DNA of 33,682 bases from Patescibacteria group bacterium (GTDB lineage: Bacteria > Patescibacteriota > Gracilibacteria > JAHISY01): the NCBI GenBank assembly GCA_018817365.1, contig JAHISY010000035.1, positions 1-33,682 on the forward strand, in the 5' to 3' direction. How positions within the stretch are numbered: the stretch's first letter is position 1; each line of letters opens with the position of its first letter. Under the pieces are notes generated by a model. The model saw only the letters and a list, made by a program, of their open reading frames with translations, had not been told where the DNA came from and did not search any database. This document shows positions 18,357 to 26,727 of this stretch, piece by piece. Position numbers and translations under genes: made by a program.

Positions 18357-21300
18357 TTAGGCGACAGAGTGGTTTTCGTACACTTCAGCATATTTTTCTG
18401 GATTCTCAACCGGCAATCCGCGAAGGCATTGCGCTCTTGACTTTTGTTCCTGCGCGATACTTTCAAAATATACTGAGGATTGATCAGCTGTTTCATAAAG
18501 TAGCTGGGGATTCAATTTTCTTGGATCTACTCCCGGAACGTTTTTAATTCGAAAAGCATCATAAAGTTCATCATAAACAAGCTCGTAATCTCCGCGCATG
18601 ATTGCTCGACGAATTGCTTGGCAATCTTCGATAGTCACAGCCATTCCATCTCCGCCTTTTTTAGGACTGCCATTTTTATCGACTACGTCGATGCCGACTC
18701 TTCCAGTATTTAATATAGCAAAAGGCATGATGTCCAAATTTCCTCGGAAATATTTTTGATTTCCATTTAAAAGATCATTTTTATCTAAAATAAATGGTTG
18801 AGCATGGGGAGCGTGGGTAATTTTGCCAATCTCTCCTCCTATAGCAGCTGTATTGATCGCCATTGCGCTGGAAAGATGGGCATTTACTTTTGTGGCACTT
18901 GCTTCAGTTTTAGCTTCTTCGCTTCTTGGATCGACGGTAATCAAAACAGCAGGATGGTGCGGTACACGTTCACACAGGAAGAAAATTCCTTCTTTTGCTT
19001 CGCAGTCAATTGTTCCAGCGTCGCCAGTCAAAATATCTGTCTTGCACATTGAGCGAAGGTTGTTATGAGTTTTATTAAAAATACCTTTTAGCTCCTCATA
19101 ACTTTGTTCGAAAGCCTCTAAATTATTTGTCGATTCTTTTAACTCTGCGATAATTCTGCCGAATTGTTTCTCTCTCCCTTTTTTGACGTAAGCTCTTAAT
19201 GTTAATTTTATTTTCTCAAGCTCTTGCTTAATTTGCTCTTCTGCTTTTCCTTTTTTTTCGGAGTTTTCTTCGTTATTTTCAGTGAGCTGCTTCAATTTTC
19301 TGAGATTGTCAGTAACGCCGGAAAGCAAATTTGTAATTTCTTCCGGATCGCCCTCCCAAACGGTGCGAGGATCGCTAAGCCGTTGTTTGTTGATATCATC
19401 GTCGGGAAGATTTTCTAATTCATCAAAATCGACATCTGCATCCATGCAATAAGAGCCAAATTCTTCCGTTCCGTAAGAAACAATTTTACGATTTTCTCCC
19501 TCTCCAGTAATTTTATCCAAAGTCATATCATCCTGACGCAGCCCAGCTGATCTTTTCAGTAAATAAGAGATTGCCGGTCTGTTTCTGCCGAGTTGGTAAT
19601 TTAATCCTTTGATCAAATTCTCGATAGTCGTTTGTTTTTCCGAATCCGTGCCTTTACTACTATTGATAAGATTTTCCACTGTTTTAAAGGTATATTCTTT
19701 CAGTTCATCAAAATTGAAAGCACCGTCGGCATTTACGCAAGTAGCCGTTTTACCCGTGCCACTGCCAGCCACCACTTTGATTACTATTTTTTTAAATTTG
19801 CTGATAATAGCTTCCTGCAAAGCGAGATCAAATGATCCACGACTAACCCCACGTTTTTCATATAAACTTTGATTTTGACCAAAGTGCGCACCAAAAATAC
19901 GGTCGGCGAGATATTCTTTTAAATTAACTTTGTCGGGAGCATCGACCGGAAAAATCTTATCAGGCTCCTGCTCTCGATCTTCTCCTTTCCTTTTCATTTT
20001 ACTGATGTCAATCTCCTCTGGATTCACAAAAATACTGCCGGAATGTTGCATGATAAGTCCGCCTTCATCCCATTCAGTCGCATCATCAGGTAACTCATCC
20101 CAACCTCCTTGCGTGTTTTTTTTGTACTTCTTTTTGGCAATTTCGAAAAGCAAGCAAAGCGGATGTTTCTTGAAAAGCCCCGTATAACTTTGAGCTCCAA
20201 GCACCCAGACAGTTTTTGCAATAGGATCAAAAATAGAAGCTCTTTTGTGGTATTCTGGCACGTATCGGACATTAACTTCCCCGAAAATCACTTTTTGTTC
20301 AGTCGGGCAGAGATCATGGAAATTTCTTACGCTCTCACTCCACATGAATGCTCCCGTGAGATTAGATGTTTCTGGTGTGATGACATCCGCTTTGGTGCGG
20401 AAACCTTCTCCGTAAACTTTTTCCAAATGGACGCAGCGTACCCTTTTTAAGTATTCTTGGGCGCACTTTATATGCCGCAAATTATCCTGCTCAATTGCCT
20501 CCCAAACTTTCACGTGAATATTTCCAGTCAAGTTTTTCATTTGCTTAATAAATCGACCTAATTTTTTGTTGACTTGCGTATATTTTTCAAAGGCATCATG
20601 CGCGTTGCGATCGTGAGTCACGTCGCGAGGCAAATCCATTAAATTATCTAAAGGGTTTCCCTCATCATCTTTGGTTATTTCGCGCTCTCGCGTTTCATTA
20701 TTTGTCTCCACTTGTCGGATATGTTTGATGAGAGTTTCATCTTCTCGAAGCAGTTGGATTATCTCTTGAAAATCAGTATCATTTTTAAATTTCTGAAAAA
20801 AATCTTTAACTGCTGGGTGGGAATTTTCCGCCATGCCGTCGAGCAGCAGACTCAAAAATCTTCGCAGCGCTTCTGGTTTGTAGAGGTGTTGTCCCATCGT
20901 GAGACTAAACCACGGAAAATGGCGAGCGTGGTCACCTCCTTCATAAAAGGGAGTGCCTTCTTTGTCATAAACTTTCATGCCATTATTGATTATCACTTGA
21001 TTAAATTTGGCAGTGCGTTTGATTGGCGGCTGTACGCGAAGTCGGTCGTCCGTGCTAAAAGTGAGTCCGGGTCCTCTTTCTTCGAGACGGGCAATCATTT
21101 CTTCTTTAGTGGGGTTTTCCCACATCGATTGAGGCTCGATTTCGGTGCTTATTATTGATGGATCTAATTTTTTGTCGAACAAACTTTCATATTCAGACCT
21201 TAAGAGGGTATTTCGGATGAATGCTGATTCGGCAACACAATGAGCATGTTCTCCTGATGCTCCGGTGATGTGAGACAGTTTTTGTGCTAAATGTTCGACT

Positions 21301-21569
21301 GGTTTGTAATCAAGCATTTTTTCAAGATCTTCTCGTCGTCCCAATCCTGCTTCTTGCAGTTTTTCTAAAAAAATTCCGGTTTGCCTCGCCCCTAGTGGTC
21401 CCTCCGCCAAATCAGGATAATCTGACAGTTGTTTTCCGGTTTTTGCAAAATAACTTGCCGCTTCGCTGGTGATAGGCCAGCCTAAATTTAAATCGCTGTC
21501 TGGACGATGATTGTATGGATCGAAAGCTGTCGTGTCAGATTCAGATGGAGAGGATTGAGGCTGAGACAT
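18357..21569 (-). CDS. Very large, divergent ATP-dependent phosphoenolpyruvate carboxykinase-like protein
   Basis: PEPCK motifs in correct order: NPT..., RTAK, SYTGLFKK, QHSG, GSGTGKT, QDD, GTEEFGSY, NLR, QPF, LNTGRVG, VPGVD..LNP. Confidence 0.8.
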   Translation of the reverse strand: MSQPQSSPSESDTTAFDPYNHRPDSDLNLGWPITSEAASYFAKTGKQLSDYPDLAEGPLGARQTGIFLEKLQEAGLGRREDLEKMLDYKPVEHLAQKLSHITGASGEHAHCVAESAFIRNTLLRSEYESLFDKKLDPSIISTEIEPQSMWENPTKEEMIARLEERGPGLTFSTDDRLRVQPPIKRTAKFNQVIINNGMKVYDKEGTPFYEGGDHARHFPWFSLTMGQHLYKPEALRRFLSLLLDGMAENSHPAVKDFFQKFKNDTDFQEIIQLLREDETLIKHIRQVETNNETREREITKDDEGNPLDNLMDLPRDVTHDRNAHDAFEKYTQVNKKLGRFIKQMKNLTGNIHVKVWEAIEQDNLRHIKCAQEYLKRVRCVHLEKVYGEGFRTKADVITPETSNLTGAFMWSESVRNFHDLCPTEQKVIFGEVNVRYVPEYHKRASIFDPIAKTVWVLGAQSYTGLFKKHPLCLLFEIAKKKYKKNTQGGWDELPDDATEWDEGGLIMQHSGSIFVNPEEIDISKMKRKGEDREQEPDKIFPVDAPDKVNLKEYLADRIFGAHFGQNQSLYEKRGVSRGSFDLALQEAIISKFKKIVIKVVAGSGTGKTATCVNADGAFNFDELKEYTFKTVENLINSSKGTDSEKQTTIENLIKGLNYQLGRNRPAISYLLKRSAGLRQDDMTLDKITGEGENRKIVSYGTEEFGSYCMDADVDFDELENLPDDDINKQRLSDPRTVWEGDPEEITNLLSGVTDNLRKLKQLTENNEENSEKKGKAEEQIKQELEKIKLTLRAYVKKGREKQFGRIIAELKESTNNLEAFEQSYEELKGIFNKTHNNLRSMCKTDILTGDAGTIDCEAKEGIFFLCERVPHHPAVLITVDPRSEEAKTEASATKVNAHLSSAMAINTAAIGGEIGKITHAPHAQPFILDKNDLLNGNQKYFRGNLDIMPFAILNTGRVGIDVVDKNGSPKKGGDGMAVTIEDCQAIRRAIMRGDYELVYDELYDAFRIKNVPGVDPRKLNPQLLYETADQSSVYFESIAQEQKSRAQCLRGLPVENPEKYAEVYENHSVA

Positions 21570-21723
21570 TTCAGAGGGTTAAATAGCATTTTAGATTAGT
21601 GGATTTTAATTTTTTGTCAACTAATCAAATTGAGTAAATTTTGTCCTCAACGTTTCTAAAAAAATCTCTTGTCAAAATCTAAAATTAAATTTGTCAAAAA
21701 AGTGTTTCGTTTTAAACTGTAGG

Positions 21724-22419
21724 ATGCTCTTCTTCTCCAAAAGAGAAACCGATGCTAGATGTCTGCTAGAATTTTCTTTCATCTCTTCGCGAACGCGAGT
21801 TCTTATTTTGGCTGCTTTAGTGTTCGTCGCAGGACATGAAAAAGATTCAGCTACCGCGGCGGAGGCGTTTGCCAAAATTCACTCTCGCCAGCGGGTTTGC
21901 GATTGCATTCCGAAACCGCCGTGGTCGCATCCGATTGATCGATTGATCCGCTTGGCAATTTGCGAAAAGTTGGCGGAGATGCCGCCAAATTCGAAAGATC
22001 AAAAAAATCAATCTCTCGAAAGCAGGTTGGGATTGTGTGCGTCCTCCGAGATTTTGAAAAATTTACTGACAGCGACGCTTGCCGCTCCTCTCATTGAAAA
22101 AATCAGATTGAACGGGAAGATTGATTTTCTTGTCGCTCAGCTTTTTGAAATTTTTGATCAAGCGCCGCCGGAGCGACAAAAGCCGAATTCTTTTTTGCCA
22201 GAGACCGCGCGGGAGCTGCAGGAATTAATTCAAAATGATGGCAAGCTGCGCGCGAAATTCGGTTATTTGAATTTATTGGAAAACACGGAAAATGTTGGCG
22301 ACGATCTCGAAATAAATTATCAAAACTGCATCACGCTTCTAGCCAAACTTTCGGATGAAGAACGGGAAGGTTTGGTGAACCAGCTGCTGAGAAAAATTCA
22401 ACCGACTGCCGCGAATTAG
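21724..22419 (+). CDS. Hypothetical protein
   Basis: ATG 21724 lies 5 nt after TTGTCA-16-TAAACT; the ORF-track start 21691 is probably the -35 box. Confidence 0.65.
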   Translation: MLFFSKRETDARCLLEFSFISSRTRVLILAALVFVAGHEKDSATAAEAFAKIHSRQRVCDCIPKPPWSHPIDRLIRLAICEKLAEMPPNSKDQKNQSLESRLGLCASSEILKNLLTATLAAPLIEKIRLNGKIDFLVAQLFEIFDQAPPERQKPNSFLPETARELQELIQNDGKLRAKFGYLNLLENTENVGDDLEINYQNCITLLAKLSDEEREGLVNQLLRKIQPTAAN

Positions 22420-22436
22420 CTTCATCGCAAATCCAT

Positions 22437-22477
22437 CCTCCTTCGCCCCACGTCTGCGCGGGGCTTCGGAGGGCAAG
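22437..22477. repeat. REP-like hairpin between convergent genes
   Basis: cctcc-ttc-gcccc-acgtctgcgc-ggggc-ttc-ggagg-gcaag. Confidence 0.75.
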
Positions 22478-22492
22478 CCATACTTCGCTTAG

Positions 22493-24118
22493 CTATCGCA
22501 AATCCACCATCTTCAGCTGCAACTCGCAATTTCCATTCCACTCATTTTCCGAAAGCTGAAAAACGAGATCTGCGCTCCCGCGCTTCCCGAGCTCCTCCGC
22601 GAATTCGCCGAGACCGAAACCAATCGCGGTTATTTTTGTCTTCCCAATTTTCGCGCGAAGATGTTTTTCGCCATTTCCGACTGTCCGAATTTCCGCGAGC
22701 TCCACATTCTCGAGGTGAAACAATGGTTCCGGATTTCCCGCTCCGAAAGGCGCGAGGGTTTGCAGCTCCTCGAAAAATTCACATGAGAGACTTCGCTCCT
22801 CCACTTGCGAATCAATTTCCAGCCGCGGGATCAGCTCTACCGCTTTGATTTTTGCGCGCGCGTAGTCGCCCATTTTTTTTTCGAATGCCGCGCGATTTTT
22901 CGGTTCGAGCGTGAATCCCGCCGCGCCGCGGTGCCCCCCGAATTTCTGCAGCAAATCGGAATTGTCCCGCAGCGCTTCCGTGATGTTGAATTCCGGCAGC
23001 GGGCTGCGGCAGCTTCCCACGAATTTCCCGCCCGCCCCACTCATCACGATTGCCGGTCGGTGATATTTTTCCGCGAGGCGACCGGCAGCCAGCCCGATAA
23101 TTCCCGGATGAAAATTCTCGCCGCCGGCGATCAAAATTCTCTCCGCGCCGATTTCACCGAGTCGCTCCTCGACTTCCGCGAGCAATTTTTCAGTGAGTCG
23201 CTGCCGCCACGAATTCAGTTTTTCCAATCCGTCCGCAAATTTCTCGCCGTCTTTGTTTGCGAGAGCTTGAAACGCGATCAGCGGCGAGTCCAGTCTTCCC
23301 GCCGCGTTCAGTCGCGGCGCGATGCGGAAGCCGATATCTTCGCTCGAAATTTTTGAATTCAGACCCGCATTCGCGAGAATTTTCCGCAGACCCGGATTTC
23401 TGGTTCGCGGAATTTTTTTCAACCCCTCTGTCACAATCATCCGATTTTCTCCCGACAATTCGCAAACATCCGCGAGTGTGCCGATCGCGGCGAGCGCGAG
23501 AAGTTCATCAATTAGTTCGGAGTTCTTGGTTATTGGTTCTTGGTTCAATAAGGTGGTCGCCAATTTATAGGCGACTGCGGCTCCAGAAAGATTTTTTTCA
23601 GGATACTCGCAATCCTTCTGTCGCGGATTCACTATTGCGAAAGCGTTCGGAAGCTCATCTGGAGAAATATGGTGGTCGGTGATGATCACATCGATGCCGA
23701 ATGAATTCGCAAGCTCGATTTCCTGCGTCGCGGAGATTCCGTTGTCGACGGTGATGATCAATTTTACCCCTAATTTTTTCGCTTCCCTCACAAATTCCGC
23801 ATTCAAACCGTAGCCGTGCTTCGCGCGATCCGGCAGCCGCACGCTCACTTTGCTGCCTAGATTCGCGAGAGTTTTGAAAAGAATCACGCTTGCGCACACC
23901 CCGTCCGCGTCGTAATCGCCGACGATGAGAATCCGCTCTCCATTTTTCATCGCCGCTCGGATTCGCTCCGCAGCTTTTTCCAAATCTTTCAATTTTTCCG
24001 GCGGGTGAAATCCGCATTCCTCGATTCCGCGGATTTTTTTCAAATTTTCAATCAAATTCTCGCGCGAATTCTCAGATGGAAAAATCCACTTTTTTCCGAG
24101 AAGAGAAAGATTATTCAA
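22493..24118 (-). CDS. recJ: Single-stranded DNA exonuclease RecJ
   Basis: GDYDADG, PDRxxHGYG, ITVDNG, TDHH, GTLADV, APRLNAAGRL, GSCRS, FGGHxxAAG, PFGAGNPEP. Confidence 0.96.
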   Translation of the reverse strand: MNNLSLLGKKWIFPSENSRENLIENLKKIRGIEECGFHPPEKLKDLEKAAERIRAAMKNGERILIVGDYDADGVCASVILFKTLANLGSKVSVRLPDRAKHGYGLNAEFVREAKKLGVKLIITVDNGISATQEIELANSFGIDVIITDHHISPDELPNAFAIVNPRQKDCEYPEKNLSGAAVAYKLATTLLNQEPITKNSELIDELLALAAIGTLADVCELSGENRMIVTEGLKKIPRTRNPGLRKILANAGLNSKISSEDIGFRIAPRLNAAGRLDSPLIAFQALANKDGEKFADGLEKLNSWRQRLTEKLLAEVEERLGEIGAERILIAGGENFHPGIIGLAAGRLAEKYHRPAIVMSGAGGKFVGSCRSPLPEFNITEALRDNSDLLQKFGGHRGAAGFTLEPKNRAAFEKKMGDYARAKIKAVELIPRLEIDSQVEERSLSCEFFEELQTLAPFGAGNPEPLFHLENVELAEIRTVGNGEKHLRAKIGKTKITAIGFGLGEFAEELGKRGSADLVFQLSENEWNGNCELQLKMVDLR

Positions 24119-24545
24119 TGTTCAGTTTTTGAATTTCTCTGATTTTATTAAAACTAATCGAATATTGACCATTTTTTGGCGGATTTTGTTTATTGCCGCA
24201 TTTTTCCCAAACAGCCTCACCGTTTCCGTAATAAATTTCCTCGAATAGTTTTGGATTTTTTAAATCAAGATGTAAAACAAGCAAATGGTCTGGACAACTC
24301 GAAAGGGCAATTCTGTTTGTTTGAGTTGTTTTTATTTGTATTAGTTGATTGTCTTTCTTGGCATCATGTTTTTCAGTGCCGCTTGGTAGCAACTCAAATT
24401 TGTATTCCTCTCTCGCCCAAACCTCACCAAGACTGCCTACCAAATGACCGTCTAATGTGAACTTGCGTTTGGGAAACATTTTTTCCAATTTTTGAACAAT
24501 ATCTCCGAGCTGATGGATTAGTTTCGATAATTGGTTAAATATCAT
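24111..24545 (-). CDS. DUF6998-like protein, probable PD-(D/E)XK nuclease fold
   Basis: FPxRxFTLDGHLVGSLGEV ... HDA ... IQIKTTQ; AT-rich relative to flanks; family label from memory. Confidence 0.65.
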   Translation of the reverse strand: MIFNQLSKLIHQLGDIVQKLEKMFPKRKFTLDGHLVGSLGEVWAREEYKFELLPSGTEKHDAKKDNQLIQIKTTQTNRIALSSCPDHLLVLHLDLKNPKLFEEIYYGNGEAVWEKCGNKQNPPKNGQYSISFNKIREIQKLNIE

Positions 24546-24572
24546 GGTTGAGTTAAGTGGTTTGTCTAAAAT

Positions 24573-26030
24573 CTACCTCTCCGGCTTCATCAATGGAAAT
24601 AAAATTACATCTTTCAGATTCTCTGAATTCGTCAGCAGCGCGACAAGCCGATCGATGCCAATGCCCCAACCAGCCGCGGGGGGCATCCCGTGACTGAGCG
24701 CTTTTACGAAATCCTGATCGTTTTCCATCGCCTCCGCATCGCCACCCTCGCGCGCTTTCGTTTGTTCCGCGAATCTTTGCCGCTGATCATCCGCATCCGT
24801 CAATTCCGAAAATCCGTTGATCACCTCCCATCCCGCGATCACGAGCTGGAAACGGTCTACCCGCTTCGGATTCGAATCGCTCCGCCGTGAGAGCGGGGAG
24901 AGCTCGACGGGATGATTCGTCACAAAAGTTGGATCCACGATTTTCTCCCGCAAAACTTTTTTGTAAATCGTATCAATCAAATTTCCGCGACCGAGTTTTG
25001 CGAGATTCGGCGCGTCGATTTTCAGTTCCTGAATTTTCCCGCGGATCTCCGCGTCACTCGCTTTTTCCACATCAATTTTTACCGCCCTTTTCACCGCTTC
25101 GACGAGATCGATTCTCGCGAACGGAGTTTTTAGTGAGATCTTTTTTCCAGCAAATTCGACTTCTTTCTTCCCGAGCAGCTTCGCAATCTCCGCAAACATT
25201 TTCTCCGCGAGCCGCATCAAAAATTCAAAATTTTCGTACGCGGCGTAAAGTTCCAGCATCGTGAAATCTTGCAAGTGAGTGGGATCGATACCTTCGTTGC
25301 GAAAGCAGCGCGCGAATTCAAAAACTCGCTCAAAGCCGCCGACGAGGCAGCGTTTCAAATAAGTTTCCGGCGCGATTCGTAAAACGCAGTCGAGATCGAG
25401 TGCTGCGTGATGGGTTCGAAATGGTGTGGCGACTGCGCCACTCGGTTTAGTTTGCAGCACGGGAGTTTCCACTTCGATGAATCCCTCCGTCTCAAAAAAA
25501 TTTCGAATCGTTTTTACGAGATTTGACCGAAACAAAAATCTTTCGCGCGTCTCCCGATTTGTCGCGAGGTCGAGATGCCGCTCGCGGTATTTTTTTTCAA
25601 TGTTTTCGAGACCGTGAAATTTCTCTGGCAGAGGGGAGAGCGTTTTTGTGAGAAGCGTCAATTTCTCGACTAGCAGGCTCGGCTCGCCGTGTTTCGTTGT
25701 GAAAGTTTCCCCCGTAGCCCCGACGAAATCGCCGAGGTCAAGACGTTTCAGCCACAATTTGAAATCTTCGGTTTTCTCGTCTTGCAGCACGATTTGATAT
25801 TCGCCCGCGAGTGAAGAGAGTTTCAAAAAAGCGAGACGACCCATCTCTCGCAGAAAAATAATTCGTCCCGCGACTGCTACTTTTTTCACGCCATTTTTCA
25901 AATCGCGCGCTTCCGCGAGGCTGTGCGTGCGTTTGAAAGAATCCGCGTACGGCTGTACTCCTGCCTCGCGCAACTTTTTCACACGCTCGCGCCGAGCAAT
26001 CTCTTCAGCGGTATTTTTTTGAGAATTCAT
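24573..26030 (-). CDS. lysS: Lysine--tRNA ligase (class II)
   Basis: OB fold, PLPEKFHGL, YRERHLDL, EVETPVL, LRIAPETYLKR, FRNEG, GMPPAAGWGIGIDRL. Confidence 0.97.
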   Translation of the reverse strand: MNSQKNTAEEIARRERVKKLREAGVQPYADSFKRTHSLAEARDLKNGVKKVAVAGRIIFLREMGRLAFLKLSSLAGEYQIVLQDEKTEDFKLWLKRLDLGDFVGATGETFTTKHGEPSLLVEKLTLLTKTLSPLPEKFHGLENIEKKYRERHLDLATNRETRERFLFRSNLVKTIRNFFETEGFIEVETPVLQTKPSGAVATPFRTHHAALDLDCVLRIAPETYLKRCLVGGFERVFEFARCFRNEGIDPTHLQDFTMLELYAAYENFEFLMRLAEKMFAEIAKLLGKKEVEFAGKKISLKTPFARIDLVEAVKRAVKIDVEKASDAEIRGKIQELKIDAPNLAKLGRGNLIDTIYKKVLREKIVDPTFVTNHPVELSPLSRRSDSNPKRVDRFQLVIAGWEVINGFSELTDADDQRQRFAEQTKAREGGDAEAMENDQDFVKALSHGMPPAAGWGIGIDRLVALLTNSENLKDVILFPLMKPER

Positions 26031-26065
26031 TGAAAAGCTTTTACTTCCGTGATTTTAGCGGAAGG

Positions 26066-26094
26066 TTGGCGGGGGAGGAAGTTTAATTTAAAAT
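26066..26094 (+). promoter_or_regulatory. sigma70-type promoter for the tRNA
   Basis: TTGGCG (26066-26071), 17 nt, TAAAAT (26089-26094). Confidence 0.55.
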
Positions 26095-26115
26095 TCGGCG
26101 GCTTTCTCGTGTCAC

Positions 26116-26192
26116 GCGCCCGTAGCTCAGTTGGATAGAGCGTCAGCTTGCGGAGCTGGAAGTCGCAGGTTCGAATCCTGCCGGGCGCACCA
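26116..26192 (+). tRNA. tRNA-Arg, anticodon GCG
   Basis: Acceptor stem gcgcccg/cgggcgc; D-loop with A20; anticodon arm tcagc-tt-GCG-ga-gctgg; T-loop ttcgaat; encoded CCA. Confidence 0.95.
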
Positions 26193-26616
26193 AGTTTGGA
26201 AGTTGGAAATTGGATATTAGAAAGTGGAAAGTGGAAATTTGCTCTGCGAGGCAAAGCCGAAATTTGAATCTTGCTCGCTCTTGTCTTGAATCTTGATTTC
26301 CAAGATTAAAAGATGAACTTGATTGCCTGAATGAAAGCACTTGCTGAAATAATAAAATTAACGTGAAAAAAAGAATCATGAAAATCTCAAAATCAAGTAA
26401 ATCATGATTCAGACAAAAGAGGCGAAGTGGAGAGTTGAGGGTGGAAACTTGCTAATCACCATCATCTCCAATCTTTACCACCGTCTTTATTTTCAGCACA
26501 ACCTAATCATAGTAAATCAGTGTGATCCGATGAATCACGGTTCAAGACAATATCAACCCCTGGGGTCGGTGGACAGAATTTTGAAATGTTGCGCGATGAA
26601 TTCAACCCCTGGGGTT
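26193..26616. repeat. Composite repeat region downstream of the tRNA
   Basis: AAAGTGG-type heptamers (26193-26238, 26424-26447); imperfect inverted repeat ttgtcttgaatcttgattt / aaatcatgattcagacaa; two copies of tcaacccctggggt. Confidence 0.7.
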
Positions 26617-26691
26617 AGAAATTTAAAAATGGACGTGGGGCAGAGACGGAGATTTGGTCGGCAAAATGGAAAGAGAATCAAACACTGGTTT

Positions 26692-26720
26692 TTGACATTT
26701 CACTAAAAATAAGTTAAAAT
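26692..26720 (+). promoter_or_regulatory. Near-consensus sigma70 promoter of the RND operon, leaderless-type
   Basis: TTGACA (26692-26697), 17 nt, TAAAAT (26715-26720), 7 nt, ATG. Confidence 0.8.
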
Positions 26721-26727
26721 AACTAAA

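Noticed and set aside
26553..26615. Two identical 14-bp palindromic repeats 35 nt apart, resembling a CRISPR unit
   Set aside because: Repeat too short, only two copies, no cas genes; better explained as REP-like
26331..26618. Frame from ATG 26331 that stays open if TGA is read as Gly (genetic code 25, as in some Gracilibacteria)
   Set aside because: Conserved genes here have no internal TGA and several end at TGA at the expected length (hom, vapC, RND permease, proB); the read-through peptide resembles nothing and lies in repeat DNA
26116..26700. Prophage or integrative element at the tRNA
   Set aside because: No integrase, no duplicated tRNA 3' end and no phage genes seen in the window
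26404..26706. 100-aa ORF in the track
   Set aside because: Runs across repeat DNA and into the RND promoter; no recognisable protein features
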